64,000 nt of DNA from Eledone cirrhosa (Eukaryota): assembly GCA_964016885.1 (NCBI GenBank), contig OZ024740.1, positions 130,758,001 through 130,822,000 of the forward strand. The letters are read 5' to 3'. A program made the translations under genes and the position numbers. The notes below the pieces were generated by a model, which was not told the DNA's origin, searched no databases, and saw nothing but the letters and a program-made list of their open reading frames with translations. Positions 1 to 13,982 of the stretch are shown here, piece by piece (position 1 is the stretch's first letter; each line of letters starts with the position of its first letter).

Positions 1-536
1 AAGTTAAAAATGAAGATTAACCAGTCTTTCATGTATGAATAGTAATACCCTAGCTTGAGGGAATTAAGGTGGCATACTCAATAAAAGATCAACGAAGCAA
101 CAAGCTCAAGAGAACTTAATGCAAGAATGACTAGTAATGTGCTATTTTGAAATGGAATTCATCAATTAAGCACGTAGTGATAAGACGCGATAATACTAAG
201 TTAAGACATTACTTATTATTCAGAGTTACTCAAATTATCGCCCTTACCTAAATGCATCACTGTGATATTATTGTAATGGTGCTGCAATTATAATGGATGA
301 CTGTTGAAGACTACAAAAGCTTTTCCTTAAACCCAAGGCTATAACAAGACTTGATCGTAGTATAAACAGTCAGTTTATATAGGATTAGCAACAACCTAGT
401 TATAGAATAAATGATGTGGAAATGCAATGAAGATAAGATGGAGTCAAACAAAGGAATGTTAGTAAGAATGAGCTGAAGTATCGAGGTCAAGCCGATCACA
501 GTGATGAACGGGTCAGTGAATAATATTGCTCTTTTC

Positions 537-2210
537 CAGGGGCCACGTTTGCCTTAAAAATATGAGGGGCACAAACCAACATTTGTTGGAACATTTTAGT
601 TTTACTTATGTTGTCTTTCCTGAACCCTATCACATAAGTAAAACATTATTTACGCTAATTAAATTTTATATATTCAAATGAAGTTCAGATATAAAAACAA
701 AATAAGCTTAAAAAGTATTTATTATATCAAATAAACAAAATATAAAACATAGACGTTTGAATAAAATCATATAAAGTAAATGTATTGTCTTTTAGAACTT
801 TCCAAATGTATCATATCTCGCATCATTGCTGTCAATAAATAATTTAGCAACTTCTTCACAACTAATCTTTTTCAAAACATCTTTATGAACGTCTCATATT
901 AGAATATGATTCAACCTTTGCTAAGTCATGGTCGATCGCAACCATGTTTTGAGATTCTGCAGAGCGCTAAAAGATATTTCAGCTTCACAAGAACTGGTGG
1001 GAAACATTAAAAGTAGACATTTAGAAACATGCGATGAACTTCTGGTTGGATTTCACGGAATATTTTACGATGATCCTCGAGAGATGATGCACTATGATGA
1101 TTTCTATAAAAGAGTATTTCCTTCCTTAAAGAAAATTCATCAAGCTCTGGATACTGTATGATCACTTCTGCACAAACATTTCCATTCCTGGTATCTTTTA
1201 GGAACTTTTCATTGCCTGGGTAGCTCCAAAGGAGAAATATCGAGTTGATAAATCATTTTTTCTGCTGTATTGAACAGCTCCTGAAATTTTTCTTCACTGC
1301 GTAGATTTTTTTAGCTCCTCCTGCACCAGTTTGACACTATACAACATGTTACCTAGATTGAAGGTGGTACGTTGGAAATATTTGTTCAATCCTTCAAGGA
1401 ATTGATGTAATGGAATTTCAATCTGCAATCCAAGAACACATTGGCCCGGAGAGTGAGACGTAAGAATAACATTAGCTCTGGATGCAATGTTGGTGCCAAA
1501 CTCATTTGTTGCTCCTTGTAAAGAAATAGGTACATCTGAATAATTGTCAAGAAGGGCTTTGACTGCAGAAAGTCGTGTAAGCCATCAAGTAGGGCACACA
1601 TGTGTTAAGGAGCGTGGTGACGATACTTCATTTTCTTCATCAAGTTGTGATAAATACGCTTGCGTAAATTTCCCTGATGTACCATATAGTTACCGCAATT
1701 CATTCACGCATCCTAGAACATTTTGGATAAGTGAAGCTTGTTGTACATACTTAGTTATAATAAGTTGAGAAATATGAATGCCGCAGTGCACGTAATGGGC
1801 CAAATCAAGTTATGTTAGAATCTTTGAAATTATCTTTAAAACATAACCGTACGAATTAAATACATAAAAGTTTCAATCCAAAACGAAAGCAAACTATTTC
1901 AAATTATATATTTTTGAAAAATAGACGTGAATGTTCTCAAAGACTTGATTTCAGTCGAAAAAGCTTCAGTCGAAAAAGCTTTCCCTGTTAACTATTGTAA
2001 TATTTCGATTGGATAAACAATTCTACAATTCAAACTGTAAAGTCAAAATACAAAAGATGTAAAATATGAAGAATTTCTTACCTTTCTCTGAAATCACAAA
2101 CTCAGGGTAAAAATAGTACCTTGCAAAATAAAATATCTAGTAGCAAAATAAAATATTTAGCAACGAATGAAGCTTGGGGACAGTGAGAAAGTAGCATTTG
2201 TATCCCTTAT
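537..2210 (-). mobile_element. Decayed hAT-superfamily DNA transposon
   Basis: Left end begins CAGGGGCC, a hAT-type TIR start. Transposase remnants lie on the minus strand. The right boundary is uncertain: there is only weak TIR-like similarity near 2198-2212 before a microsatellite. Confidence 0.7.
792..1805 (-). pseudogene. hAT transposase C-terminal half with stops and frameshifts
   Basis: Manual minus-strand translation gives AHYVHCGIH (CxxH motif), VCPT*WLTRLSAVKALL (PTRW motif) and FPTSSCEAEISFSALQNLKTWLRSTMT*QRLNHI...FGKF* (hAT dimerization domain). Confidence 0.88.
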
Positions 2211-2493
2211 ATATACATAGATAGATACACAGACACACACAAACACACATAGACACGCACGCACGCACACACGCACACACACACACACACACACATAGTT
2301 TGTGTGTGTATATGTATGTGTGTCTGTGCGTGTGTGGGTGTATATGTGTGTGTGTGTGTGCGTGTATATGTGTGCGTGTGTATCTATCTATGTATATATA
2401 TATTGGTTTGGGTACAGAAAGAATTTTGTCTACAGTTTTTTATTGCCAGATCAAAGGCCACTGCTCTTTTCAACAACGCCAAATAACAAAGCT

Positions 2494-2551
<58 letters not shown>

Positions 2552-2582
2552 ATATATATATATCTATATCTACATATGTATC

Positions 2583-2658
<76 letters not shown>

Positions 2659-2746
2659 CATATATAAATGAAGAGAGAAAGAGGGATGGACGAAGAGAGT
2701 AAGAAATGTGTGTGTGTTTGGTACACATATATCTATCTATCTATCT
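2208..2746. repeat. Compound microsatellites (CA)n/(TG)n/(TA)n/(TATC)n
   Basis: Direct inspection. Confidence 0.95.
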
Positions 2747-2947
2747 TGATAGAGTGAGACACGCTTCACATCGGCTCTGCTATTCTATCGGAATTTACCC
2801 TGACTATAGTAAGTACCAGTGAATTTTTTCAGTGCAACACATTTGGAACACTTACCCCTGTTATGTAGGGAAACAATTTTACATTTACCCCCTTTTTAGG
2901 GGGTAAAATAAATAACTATTTTTCTGTGAAACTTCTTTCTTGGCCTC

Positions 2948-4800
2948 ATGGCCGGAAAGATGGCAGACATGTCTGCCATTAGCTCTGCCACGCCCCCCAA
3001 GTCTGAAGAACAAAAAATAGATACAACAAAACTAGACAACGAAACAAACAAGGAAAATGAAAAAACAAATGTTACGGAAAATGAACAAACGGAAAACAAA
3101 CAAACAGAAAATAAGAATACTAAAAACAACAAGGTAACTTTCGCCCAGACAACAAAAAAATCAATCACATATACACCTATTGACTTAACTGCCGCCAGAG
3201 AGAAACTGGCAGAAGCAAATAGTATTGGGGGAGAACGGAATGTTTTCCATTAATCCCCCCCCCCCAGAATTCAAGAAAACGTGACAAGAAAACACTGTTC
3301 TGTTTAGAACAGTCCTAAACAACACAAGGGAGCCAGCACAACCCACCCAAACGGAGATAGATTTGGTCCTAAAATATCATATGAAGAATATTCTCTTAAT
3401 ACGAAAGGACCGACTCTATGGCAGCATTTCTGTTAAACAAAAGACAAAGAAACAGCACAGAGACTTTCTCTAAGCCCACTCACATCAACAGCATACAGTT
3501 TCTATCCATCTTACATGGGTAGAAGAACTCAGAGAATCAAAATACAGACAATGCTGCCCACAATGGACTTCTGGTGGGCTATTGCAGGCCTCATAGACAT
3601 GGGCGAGGACACAGTGCTGTCAATGGGAAAGGCATCTGGAGATGTGTTCCTGGGAATGGGCCTCGACCTACTAGTACAAATGAGGCCCGAAAGAATAGCG
3701 CAAATCCCGGATCGCATCTGGCTGGATGACCTCACCCCAATATATATAACTGTAGAGGTGCGAAGACCAGCATGCTATTCATGCATGGAAAGGGGACACG
3801 TTAAGGCTAACTGCCCGAATCGTATCCCCCAAAAAGGACTATTGCCCACACCCACCACAAACAGTACACCAACAACACCCACCTCCAAAAATACACTAAC
3901 ACCACCAACACACACAGCAAACAAAATACAGACACCACCAACCACACGCACAGCACAAACATCACCACCACCAGCACCAAAAACAAGCACGACACAAAAA
4001 TCACCACCACCATCACCAACCACAAGGACAACACAAACATCACCACCACCATCACCAACCACAAGCACGACACAAACATCACCACCACCACCACAAAACA
4101 TTCCAAACAAACAATATAAAAAACAACAACAATTCTACCCCTCCCGCAAAAAAAAACAACCAGACACCACGTCCCTCCCACCTAGCGCTGAAGAGTTTCC
4201 TCCAACTTTTGAAGAAGAAGGAGGAGAAGCCTTCAGACAAGTTAAAAGGAAAAATCGAAAGCACACACCCAGCACACCACAACAACAAATAACCCACACA
4301 CAAACACCAACTCCAATCAAAAACACCCCACCCTCGACAAACAAAAATAAATCTGCGCCTCCCCTCTTCGAAACATTGACAGCATCACAAAAAAAGACTT
4401 TACAATACACATATATAAATAAAGAAAACAAAAAACTGTTTAAATTAATAAACAATAGACCTTTGGTGCAGACCGAAGGGCCAAACTTTATATCAACAGA
4501 GAACTTTACTAATTTAAAAATGATAAAGGTCCCTCTGGACCTTTATCGTTCCTTAAAAGAACAATTTAAACAGGATGTGAGCCCCCCCCCTTGTTTAAAA
4601 CCGTTAAATTGCGTCCTCTTGAAAGATTTCCCCATAACCTCCCCTCTCCCTGACACAAATCCAAATACCCCAACCCACCACACTCGGATACCCCCACACC
4701 ACCACGAAACATCCCTCCACCCAACACACCCGACTCCATGGAAATTACACAACCCGGACTCCGGGACGCGGAGAGGTAGGTGCTTTTCTTTCTTCACTGT
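2948..4800 (+). pseudogene. Tx1-type ORF1 (nucleic-acid-binding protein), frameshifted
   Basis: ORFs 2948-3253 and 3515 onward. Zinc knuckle CYSCMERGHVKANC (Cx2Cx4Hx4C) followed by a Pro/Thr-rich repeat region. Confidence 0.82.
3895..4095 (+). repeat. Tandem ~42-bp repeat in ORF1 encoding TTQTSPPPSPTT-like units
   Basis: Recurring CACAAACATCACCACCACC(A) units. Confidence 0.8.
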
Positions 4801-4809
4801 CAACACCAA

Positions 4810-7800
4810 AACAGATCAATTGAGAGTTGGTTGTTTGAATGCGCGTGGCCTGGGCTCAGCTTGGAAGCAAGCAAAGCTTCTAAGTGACATCAGGTAACGA
4901 AGTATAGATGTGATGGTTGTTTGCGAGAGTCGGATCAGCAGCGTGCGACAGATGACTCACGCCTTCGATGACTTTGAGATGCACGCATTTCTCTGTCAAC
5001 CCGGAGGTGGGGGTGGGGTTGCCGTACTGCTGGATAAACGTCTGGCTCCCGACATACAGATTATTCACTCGGACCCGGGGGGTAGATTACTGGTGCTCGA
5101 TGTCGGAGGCGGTGAAGGCTGGTCGGTCTTTATACCCCCCTTCGGGGCTGAAAGAGCCGACTTCTTCCAGCGTCTGGAGGCTTTTCTAGGAACGTCGCGT
5201 TCCCTGCTTTTAGTGGGGGACTGGAATGGAATCCTAGATGCGCGTTGGGACTATGCAGGGGCATGTCCCGATAGAGAGGGGTGCAGCAGCCTCAGAGGGT
5301 TACTCGATCGATTCGACCTGGTCGATAGATTTCGACTAGATTTTCCAACTGTGCCAACCTGGACTTGGGCAAACCGCAGTGGTCAATCTAGATCGTACCT
5401 AGATAGGTTTTTGGTTAGGAGTAAGGATAGGGACGCATTTAGTTGTCCAGAATTGCTCATGGTTGGCTATTCAGATCACAAATTAGTGACCTGCCTGGTC
5501 AACCTTGATAGAACGCATAGACAGGTCCCGGTTACTGGAAGAATAACTTGTCCTTGCCGGCAAAGGAAGCTTAAAGGAACCGGATTAGTAGCTTAGTTAA
5601 GATGCGGTTGACGGGAGCGATCGTCAACACCAGGTGGTGGGTATCGCTAAAGAGAGAGATTAGAGTAAGTTCGATAGGTTACAGTAAGGAACTAGCGGCG
5701 AATAGAAATAGGAGGGAAAAGGAGTTGACAGATAAACTAGAATAGGTGATTAGGAGCGGAGACGTGGCCAGAGTGTTAGCGTCGAGAACGGCGTTGAGCC
5801 AGTTCTTTGACGCGAAGCACGAAGGCTGCGTTGTCCGAAGTAAAATACGTGGTTTAGGAAACGAAGGGACCAAAGCTGATAGCTGGGCCCGCGTGACAGA
5901 AGCCAAGAGTGGGATTAAATCCACCATTCGGTCTTTGCGAGACCAGGATGGACGGGTGATCCTTGAACTAGAGCGGATGTGCGAGGCCTTTCAAAGGCAC
6001 TTTGCTCGACTGTTCGGAGAGGGCGGGGGGCTGGACGGGGATGTGGACTTCGGTCCATATCTCGACGGTCTACCGCGTCTTTCGAGCGGCGAAGCGGAGT
6101 GCTGCGAAAGGTCAATCACAGCCACTGAAATCGGAGAAGCGCTCAGCCAATGCAGCAGACGCAATTCTGTGTGTCTCGATGGTCTACCATACGAACTTTA
6201 TTTAGCTATGCCGGTCTTGTTCTCCCAACTCCTCGAGGTAGTCTATTGCCACTGGCAACAGAACGGGAGAATTCCCTGTTCTGTGACCAAGGGCGTAGTC
6301 ACGCTAGTGAGGAAGGACGAGAGCAAGGGGGATGAATTAAGTAACTTTAGGCCCATAACTCTGCTGAATGCAGAGTTAAAGATTTTGGCCAAGGTGTTAA
6401 CGAAGAGGTTGGCGCTTGTGGTGGGTGGCTTGGTGGGAGACGCGCAGACATGCGCTATCCCGTCCAGGTCCATTCATGACAACCTCCACCTCATGCGATA
6501 CACCGTAGAAAGGGTTGGGAACGAACCCGGCTTTGGTGGGGCCCTGAACAACTTGGATCAATCTAAGGCGTTCAATAGGGTCGACCATGGTTACCTGGAT
6601 GCGGTGCTAGCGGCGGCGGGCTTCGGACCCGTTTTCAGGGGCTGGATTTCTGCCATGCACAGTGGCAACGTCTGCTCTAGGGTTAAAGTAAACGGCTACC
6701 TCTCGGAGCCGTTCTAATCACTCGGTCCATCAGCAGGGGTGCCCCCTCTCCTCCCTTCTGTACGTATTGGCTCTCGAGCCACTGCTGCGGAAGTTGGAGT
6801 TGCTGCGGGGCATACCCCTGGAATCGGGATTGCACAAAGCGGTCTCCTCCTATGCCGACGACGTAACAGTAATGGTGGTGGACGCCTCGGAAATCGGGGC
6901 GATCGCCACTCTACTGGCGGAATACGAAAGGCTGACGGGGGCTAGGCTGAACCGGGACAAGTCAGTCGGTTTGCAACTCGGAACGTGGAGGGGCAAACCG
7001 ATGCCGTTCGACGGTGTCGTCGGACGGTGGACGGAGGGCCCGGTGAAGCTGCTCGGGGTCTGGTTCGGACCGGACCTCCAGGTGGAGAAGAATTGGGGCG
7101 AGGTGACGAGCAGGGTGTTTGCGCTGACCCAGAAGTGGGCCAAGTGCAAACTATCGCTGAAAGGTCGGGCGGAGGTGGCGAACGCTTACATAGCGTCCGT
7201 CATCTACTACCGCCTGACCGTCGTGCCTTGCCCTAAGGAAACGCTCACCATCATGGAGCGCATGCTCTTCCAGTTCCTCTGGAAGAAGCGGCCTCCCATG
7301 GTGAGGAGATCCATGTGCTGCCAGCACCCTTCGAAAGGAGGGCTGGGTATGCCGTGGCTGTTGATGCGTAGGCACGCATTAAGGCTGCGGCATCTACAGG
7401 TATGCCTCACCGGTCAGCCGGTGTGGGACCCGTTTGTGAGGCGAGCCTTCCCACAGCTCGTCTCGCTCACCGAGCTGCATTTCTGGGTGAAGCAAAGACC
7501 GAGAAAACTAGGCAACTGTCACACCGAATGTGCCCAGGCGCTCACGGCTCTCTGGCAAGCGGACCCGACTATCAGTGGAGAATCCACCTCGACATTCTAT
7601 AGAGGGTTGGTGGCTAGCAGGAGCGACGACACTCTTGGAGAGTTGCTAGGCATGGAGGAGGACGAACTGGCCAGCTTGTTCGGTAGAACTTTCGGCCCGG
7701 GACCCATGGAAATCTTCCAGAGGTCCCTAGCCTGGCAGTGCTACCGTGGGGCTCTGCCCGTTCGAGAAAAGCTCTACAGACACGGGCGCCCGGCCAAGGA

Positions 7801-8218
7801 TCCCGCGAAAAAGATCTGACCCAGATGCGTGCGCGACGAGGAAACTGTTGCGCACGCACTGGTACGCTACCCGGGCGTTGCCGATCTGTGGGGCTACGTC
7901 GAACGACTGCTGTCGCGTGTGGCGCCAAGTCCGTGGTGAACATCAAGCCGACTCCTCCCTTCAGAAATAAAGCAGAGGCGGTCTTTCTGTGCGTAATAGC
8001 CATGATGAAAGAGTTTGTGTGGTGGACGCGCCTGAAATGTCTGAGGTCGGGTGACTTTCTCTCTGGCCAACACCTGGTTTACTTCTTCCGATAGCACTTC
8101 GGAAGAAGGATCATGATGGAGAGAGAAGTGCTTGGCTCCAGACAGTTTTATGAAAGGTGGCTGAAAGTGGCGAGAATGGCTCGTGTAAATGGGCCTTCTC
8201 TCTACATTGTTCTGTAGG
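4810..8218 (+). pseudogene. Tx1/L1 ORF2: AP endonuclease plus reverse transcriptase, disrupted
   Basis: APE motifs LNARGL, VGDWNG, SYLDRF, SDH. RT motifs DGLPYE, NFRPITLLNAELKILAK, LDQSKAFNRVDH, YADD, KLLGV. GGLG motif and ETVAHAL zinc-knuckle remnant near 7840. Several stops and frameshifts. Confidence 0.93.
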
Positions 8219-8463
8219 TGAAGAAGTGAAAAGGAAAGGGGGAGCGCCTCCTCTCTGGGCTTCCCCCGGGAAAAAGTTTGCACACTTTTCGGGGGTGTGT
8301 GCAATCCCTAACACGCACCCTTCCTTTTGAAGACTTTTTATTATTATATTATTCTTATTGTTATGCCTTTTTTCTTTACTCGCATTTATGTAAACTCACC
8401 CCTGTGTATTTGTCCCTTTCTCTTGTGCCCTAGTGGCAAATATAGAAATATATATATCTCCAA

Positions 8464-8650
8464 CAGGGGGCTCACACATGCGGCGCGCGAACTACTTATC
8501 TGTGGCCCGTGGTAGAATCAATATTTCATACCGCGTTATAACAGGTGAAAATGTTCACCCACCACCACGTTTGGCCCACTGCACCTCTCCTCCAGGACGT
8601 AATAGCCCGTTTGTGTTTGAGAGAACCCTTGACTTTGAGAGCACCCTTCT
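8464..8650 (+). mobile_element. Possible small non-autonomous hAT (MITE) remnant
   Basis: Starts CAGGGGG, contains GGCCCG/GGCCCA/AGCCCG subterminal-like motifs, ends GAGCACCCT. Confidence 0.4.
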
Positions 8651-8657
8651 ACACACA

Positions 8658-8718
<61 letters not shown>

Positions 8719-8871
8719 CACACACAGACATATTTTACTTTTTTTCTCTCTCTGGACTACGCCATGCTGGAGCTTCACTTTGGTATGTTATCGGCACGTC
8801 AACAAACCAACAAGCATTGGTGGGAGGGCAAACACAAACGCAAAAACTCACACAGACATACATACATATAT

Positions 8872-8962
8872 ACGACGAGCTTCTTTTAGTTTCGATCTAT
8901 CAAATCCACTCACAAGGCTTTGGTCGGCCCGGGCAGTGGGACTGAACCCGGAAATATGTGGA
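8872..8962 (-). mobile_element. tRNA-derived SINE fragment (Octopus OR2-like), internally deleted
   Basis: AAATCCACTCACAAGGCTTTGGTCGGCCCG...GCAGTGGGACTGAACCCGG matches a common octopus SINE as recalled. B box GGTTCAGTCCC on the minus strand. Confidence 0.75.
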
Positions 8963-9059
8963 CCCAAAAACATGTGAACCCGCAAATATATACATACGTA
9001 AATGTATGTATGTATATATGTATGTATGTATGTAGATTTATATATATATATGTATGTAG

Positions 9060-9126
<67 letters not shown>

Positions 9127-9226
9127 AAAGTATATATACATATATGTATGTAGATTTATATATATATATACATATATATATGAATATATATATGTAGATT
9201 TATATATATATAAATATATGTATATG

Positions 9227-10135
9227 AGAGACGTAAAATAAAAAAAATATTAAAATTTACTTACTTACTAACATTTCACTCTAACTAATTAGTTTCTGAA
9301 ATGGAATAAACAGTTTCCGAAGAAACGTACGTAGAGCCTTTCGTCATCAGGGAAGTCTATTTTCAGCTAAGTTTCCAGGCAATTCGTGGACACAGGGAAC
9401 TTATGCAAAAATAATTCAGTGGATGGAAAAAGCAAAGCGTGGACTAAATTCCAAGCCATTGATTTTATAATTTTCTTCTTTTACGTCTCTCATATTATTG
9501 TTCTGCATGCCCATGTATTGAACCACAAAGTTACTAAGACAAAACCTATATATTTGCTAGCATAAGTATGTATCTGTGTATATATATGTTACTAGATATA
9601 TTAATTCTTTATAATTAACTCCAAATTATTTGTCGAGCAAAAATTGGCCAAAACTGCTACTATAGTAACGGTCCGGCTGCTGTCTTCTTAACAAACCACT
9701 CTTCACTGATTGACCTCGATGTCACGTGACTGATTCTTTTGAATTTGCCACCGACGCAGTAGGCAGTGATTTTTTCAATGGCTTGGAATTTAGTCCACGC
9801 TTTGCTTTTTTCCATCCACTGAATTATTTTGTGTAAGTTCCCTGTGTCCACGTATTGCCTGGAAACTTAGCTGAGAATAGACTTCCTTGATGACGAAAGG
9901 CTTCTCCGTACGTTTCTTCGGAAACTATGTTTATTCCCTTTCAGAAACTATTTAGTTGGAGTGAAATTTTAGTAAGTAAGTTAATTTTATAAATTTCTTA
10001 TTTTGCGTCTCTCATATTATCGTTCTGCATCCCCATGCATTGAACCACAAAATTACTAAAACAAAACTTATATATGTGCTAGCATAAGTATGCATCTGTG
10101 TATATATATATGTTACTAGATATATCAATTCTTTA
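9227..10135 (+). mobile_element. Non-coding PLE-like mini-element (inverted pLTR plus ~520-bp tandem unit)
   Basis: 9227-9462 is the reverse complement of 9776-10012. 9465-9612 is a direct repeat of 9985-10135. HHR-like core in the repeated arm. Flanked by (TA)n. Confidence 0.75.
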
Positions 10136-10154
10136 TATAAATATATGTATGTAG

Positions 10155-10251
<97 letters not shown>

Positions 10252-10322
10252 AGTATGTATATTTATATATATATATATGTATGTATATTTATATATATAT
10301 ATGTATGTAAATTTATATATAC

Positions 10323-10442
<120 letters not shown>

Positions 10443-11572
10443 TCATGCATACATATATACATATATTTATATTTAAGTGTGTAAGGATGTTGATATGATC
10501 TATGTCTTCTTTTTTTGGTAAGGATAACATTTTTGTCGTCAGATTTTATTACCTAGGGAGATAAATACCACACTTCTGGCTGAAAGCTGACCAGGTTCTC
10601 AACCTCATCAAACACTAATGCCGCATGCGTGTGTATATATGCGTGTGTGTATGTATGTGTGTGTGTGTATGTTCAACACCATTGCTTCTTCTTGTCATTT
10701 CTGTTGAAGGAGTCCTTACTTTCATTCTCTTTGATTTCTTTTGATTTTCTTTTATCTCCCTAGGGAATTCTTTGATAAGCTTATTTTATTCGTTGTATTC
10801 GTTTTCTTCATTCAAATCACTGACTGTCTAAGAGACGTACAAATATGACTTATCAAACTTACCAAACTAAAGGGACTTCTAGCGCCCTCAAGTTTCAAAC
10901 GCCGTCTTACTGCATAACGCCCCATAACGCCCCCTCACAGGATAACGTCCCTGTGGAGCAACGAAACGCCCCCGATGATGAACGACTCCGATTTTATCTT
11001 GTCTACAATTATTCTCTTTATCTCTCCTCTGTTAATTACAAGATTCATTTTAATCGGATTTCTTACTTGTAATTAAGTTTTTATAATTATTAATGTCTCC
11101 TCGTTAGTTAAGTACATAGTAAATTATTAGTAAAATGTTTTACTTGATATAAATTATATTTATTGCTATACTCACTAACAGCAAATGTTCATATATTAGA
11201 TAAATGGTACTAACGATCTAACGTCTTGATTATAATATCATAACATTCAGCTGCGAATAGTTAAAAGATGTTTTTTTCTTATAGTTGAAGCCCGTTTTTT
11301 TGTGTTGGATTAAATAACTTTATTAATATGTATAGCGATGTCAACTTAAACTTATGATATAGTAAATGGAATATGATAACATTTAAAATCGATTCACAAT
11401 AGGAATTTTAAGGATGTATAATAATTATTTCATTTTATTTTTTCATATATGAATAATTAAGAGGAGACAGGTTTGTGAATATGTACATATAATTATACAC
11501 ACAAGCACACACACAAGCTCACCGCACCACACACATACATACATAAAAACAACCCCCATATCCACCCCCTCA

Positions 11573-11615
<43 letters not shown>

Positions 11616-11713
11616 GTTAGAAAATATATAGCTTTCACCGTATTTTTGACTAAAGGAATTTTAGCTTGATAACGGGGTTTAGAAACCTCAGATAAATGGA
11701 AAAAGATGAGTAA

Positions 11714-11756
11714 TGGCGTACATGGGAGTCGAACCCACATCTGTGGTTATCGCGTC
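11714..11756 (-). other. tRNA-like 3' half (T-arm plus acceptor end), probably a SINE head or tRNA pseudogene fragment
   Basis: Minus strand reads GATGTGGGTTCGACTCCCATGTACGCCA. The 5' half is replaced by microsatellite. Confidence 0.5.
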
Positions 11757-11763
11757 GTGTATG

Positions 11764-11899
<136 letters not shown>

Positions 11900-11916
11900 A
11901 TAAATATATATATATT

Positions 11917-12012
<96 letters not shown>

Positions 12013-12159
12013 AATTAAAATACTAGAGTGTGTTGGAGTTAAACACCCTCTTCGTATTATAGAAATGACAGTAAAGGTATAGCTCAATGTAATTAAACAG
12101 AGCCGAAGAATTATGAAAATAAACCAAAGAATCCTTCAATACATCAAAAATCTTTATTA

Positions 12160-12197
12160 GCCAACAATGTTTCGTCCTATTAAGGACTCATCAGGGC
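12160..12197 (-). ncRNA. Minimal type I hammerhead ribozyme (canonical core)
   Basis: Minus strand: GCC-CTGATGA-GTCCT taat AGGAC-GAAA-C att G-TT-GGC. Confidence 0.85.
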
Positions 12198-13982
12198 AAT
12201 TAAAGCTATAAGAAGCACTATCGGTCAATACAAGCCAAAAGCTCAGAAGAATATGGAGTGTACATACATTAAAGCATCGGAAAATTATCGAGTAAAAATT
12301 ATCAAGTAAAAATGATCAAGTAATAATTGCTAAGGAAGCGAATAAAATGTTGAACCATATTACAAACATAGTACAATGCAAAAACAAAAGCTAACCAAAG
12401 GTGGTGATATAGAGCGGGAATTATTGTACTATATATAATATAATATAATATAATATAATACAATATAATTGATAATGATAATAATATTAAAAGGCCCAAT
12501 ATACATATATATATATATATATATACATATGTACACATATATACATATATATCAATACACATTTCCAACAATACAAGCACAAACTAACACTTATTAAGAG
12601 TTTAAATAAAAAAAAAAATAATAAGAATAAAAAAAAAAATAAATAAAAAAAAAAAAATAAAAATAAAAAAAATAAATAAAAATAAAAATAAAAATATAAT
12701 ACATATATTATTTACAGTATAAAATGAAGAAGAAATGAGTAAAAGTAAACATATAATATATAATATACTATATAATTATATAATTGATAATCTCCGGTTA
12801 ATTTGCACAAACAATATAAATGTTACAATAACACTATAATAACAATATCACAATACATTGGCATATAACTTAACAAATCATATAGAGTTACAGACAGGGC
12901 GAGAAAAAATATCTTACAGAAATAAACTATGTTGGAAAAATGGTGCTGGAAAAAATATCAATACCATTGCAAGAAAACAGATGGAGGTCAAGTTTCTATA
13001 CAATTGGTGTAAATACATATCCAAACATTACAAAAATAATAAAAATATAAACATATTACAGAATTTACAAAATTTAACATAATGGTACATATAATAATCG
13101 GTAAATAATTAAGATCAATAGTACGTTTACAAAGATTGGAATGATGTAACAATATCAATATCAAATAATGAACATAGTATAATATACATAAATACGTGGT
13201 TGGTGGACAGTAATTTGTGAATAAGTGAATAAGAACCAGACAGAAAACTACGCACGGTAGTATAAATATATAAATAAAATCAACTGGAAATCGAAAAACA
13301 AAAACAAAATAATTTACTTAGGTGTCACATGCAGTTAAGTAAACAAATTAGGAAACAAACCCAGATAAATGACTAGAAAACCCTATTAAATTAATTAATA
13401 TTGAAAGTATTTAAAATACATAATAAGTCAATACAAAATTAGCTATGGTTTAAGTAATCAAAATCTCCAAAGTTTAAGATATCTCAATAAAAATATACAG
13501 AAAAGAATGAAATATTCTACTATCAATTGAATAACGTTATCAAATAAACGGACTTTAAATAGAATTATGGTAGGCCAAAGGGGGCAGAAAAAATAAATGT
13601 ATGGAGGATACGAAGGAGCATAAAATAATAATCAATTTACTGTATTATACAATAGAAAGGAGCATAAAAGGGAATTGAATATAATTATAGTATAATTGAA
13701 GGGGCGAATGACATGTGTGTGTGGGGGGGGGGGTTAATTATCTAAAGAAGAATCCAAATAAAATAAAATAAAATAATATAAAATAAAATATATAATCAGA
13801 TATAAACTCATAAGGTGTTAATAGTGAAAATATAATATTTAAGAAGATAGATATGGTATGGTAGCCAAAAGACTATGAAAGCTAGATTGAAAAGCTGTTA
13901 AAAACCAATAATAATAATGATGATGATTATGATGGTGGTAAACAGAATTAACCTAAACTAAAAAGATAAGGGAATATAGCAG

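Larger units (their letters stand above)
2747..8459 (+). mobile_element. Near full-length Tx1/L1-clade non-LTR retrotransposon
   Basis: 5' UTR, ORF1 with a CCHC knuckle, ORF2 with APE, RT and a C-terminal Cys/His motif, then a T-rich 3' UTR ending AAATATAGAAATATATATATCT. Confidence 0.9.

Noticed and set aside
3515-4897. Natural ORF1-ORF2 fusion in the Tx1 element
   Set aside because: Homopolymer runs and other frameshifts in this copy make accidental fusion more likely. It needs a consensus.
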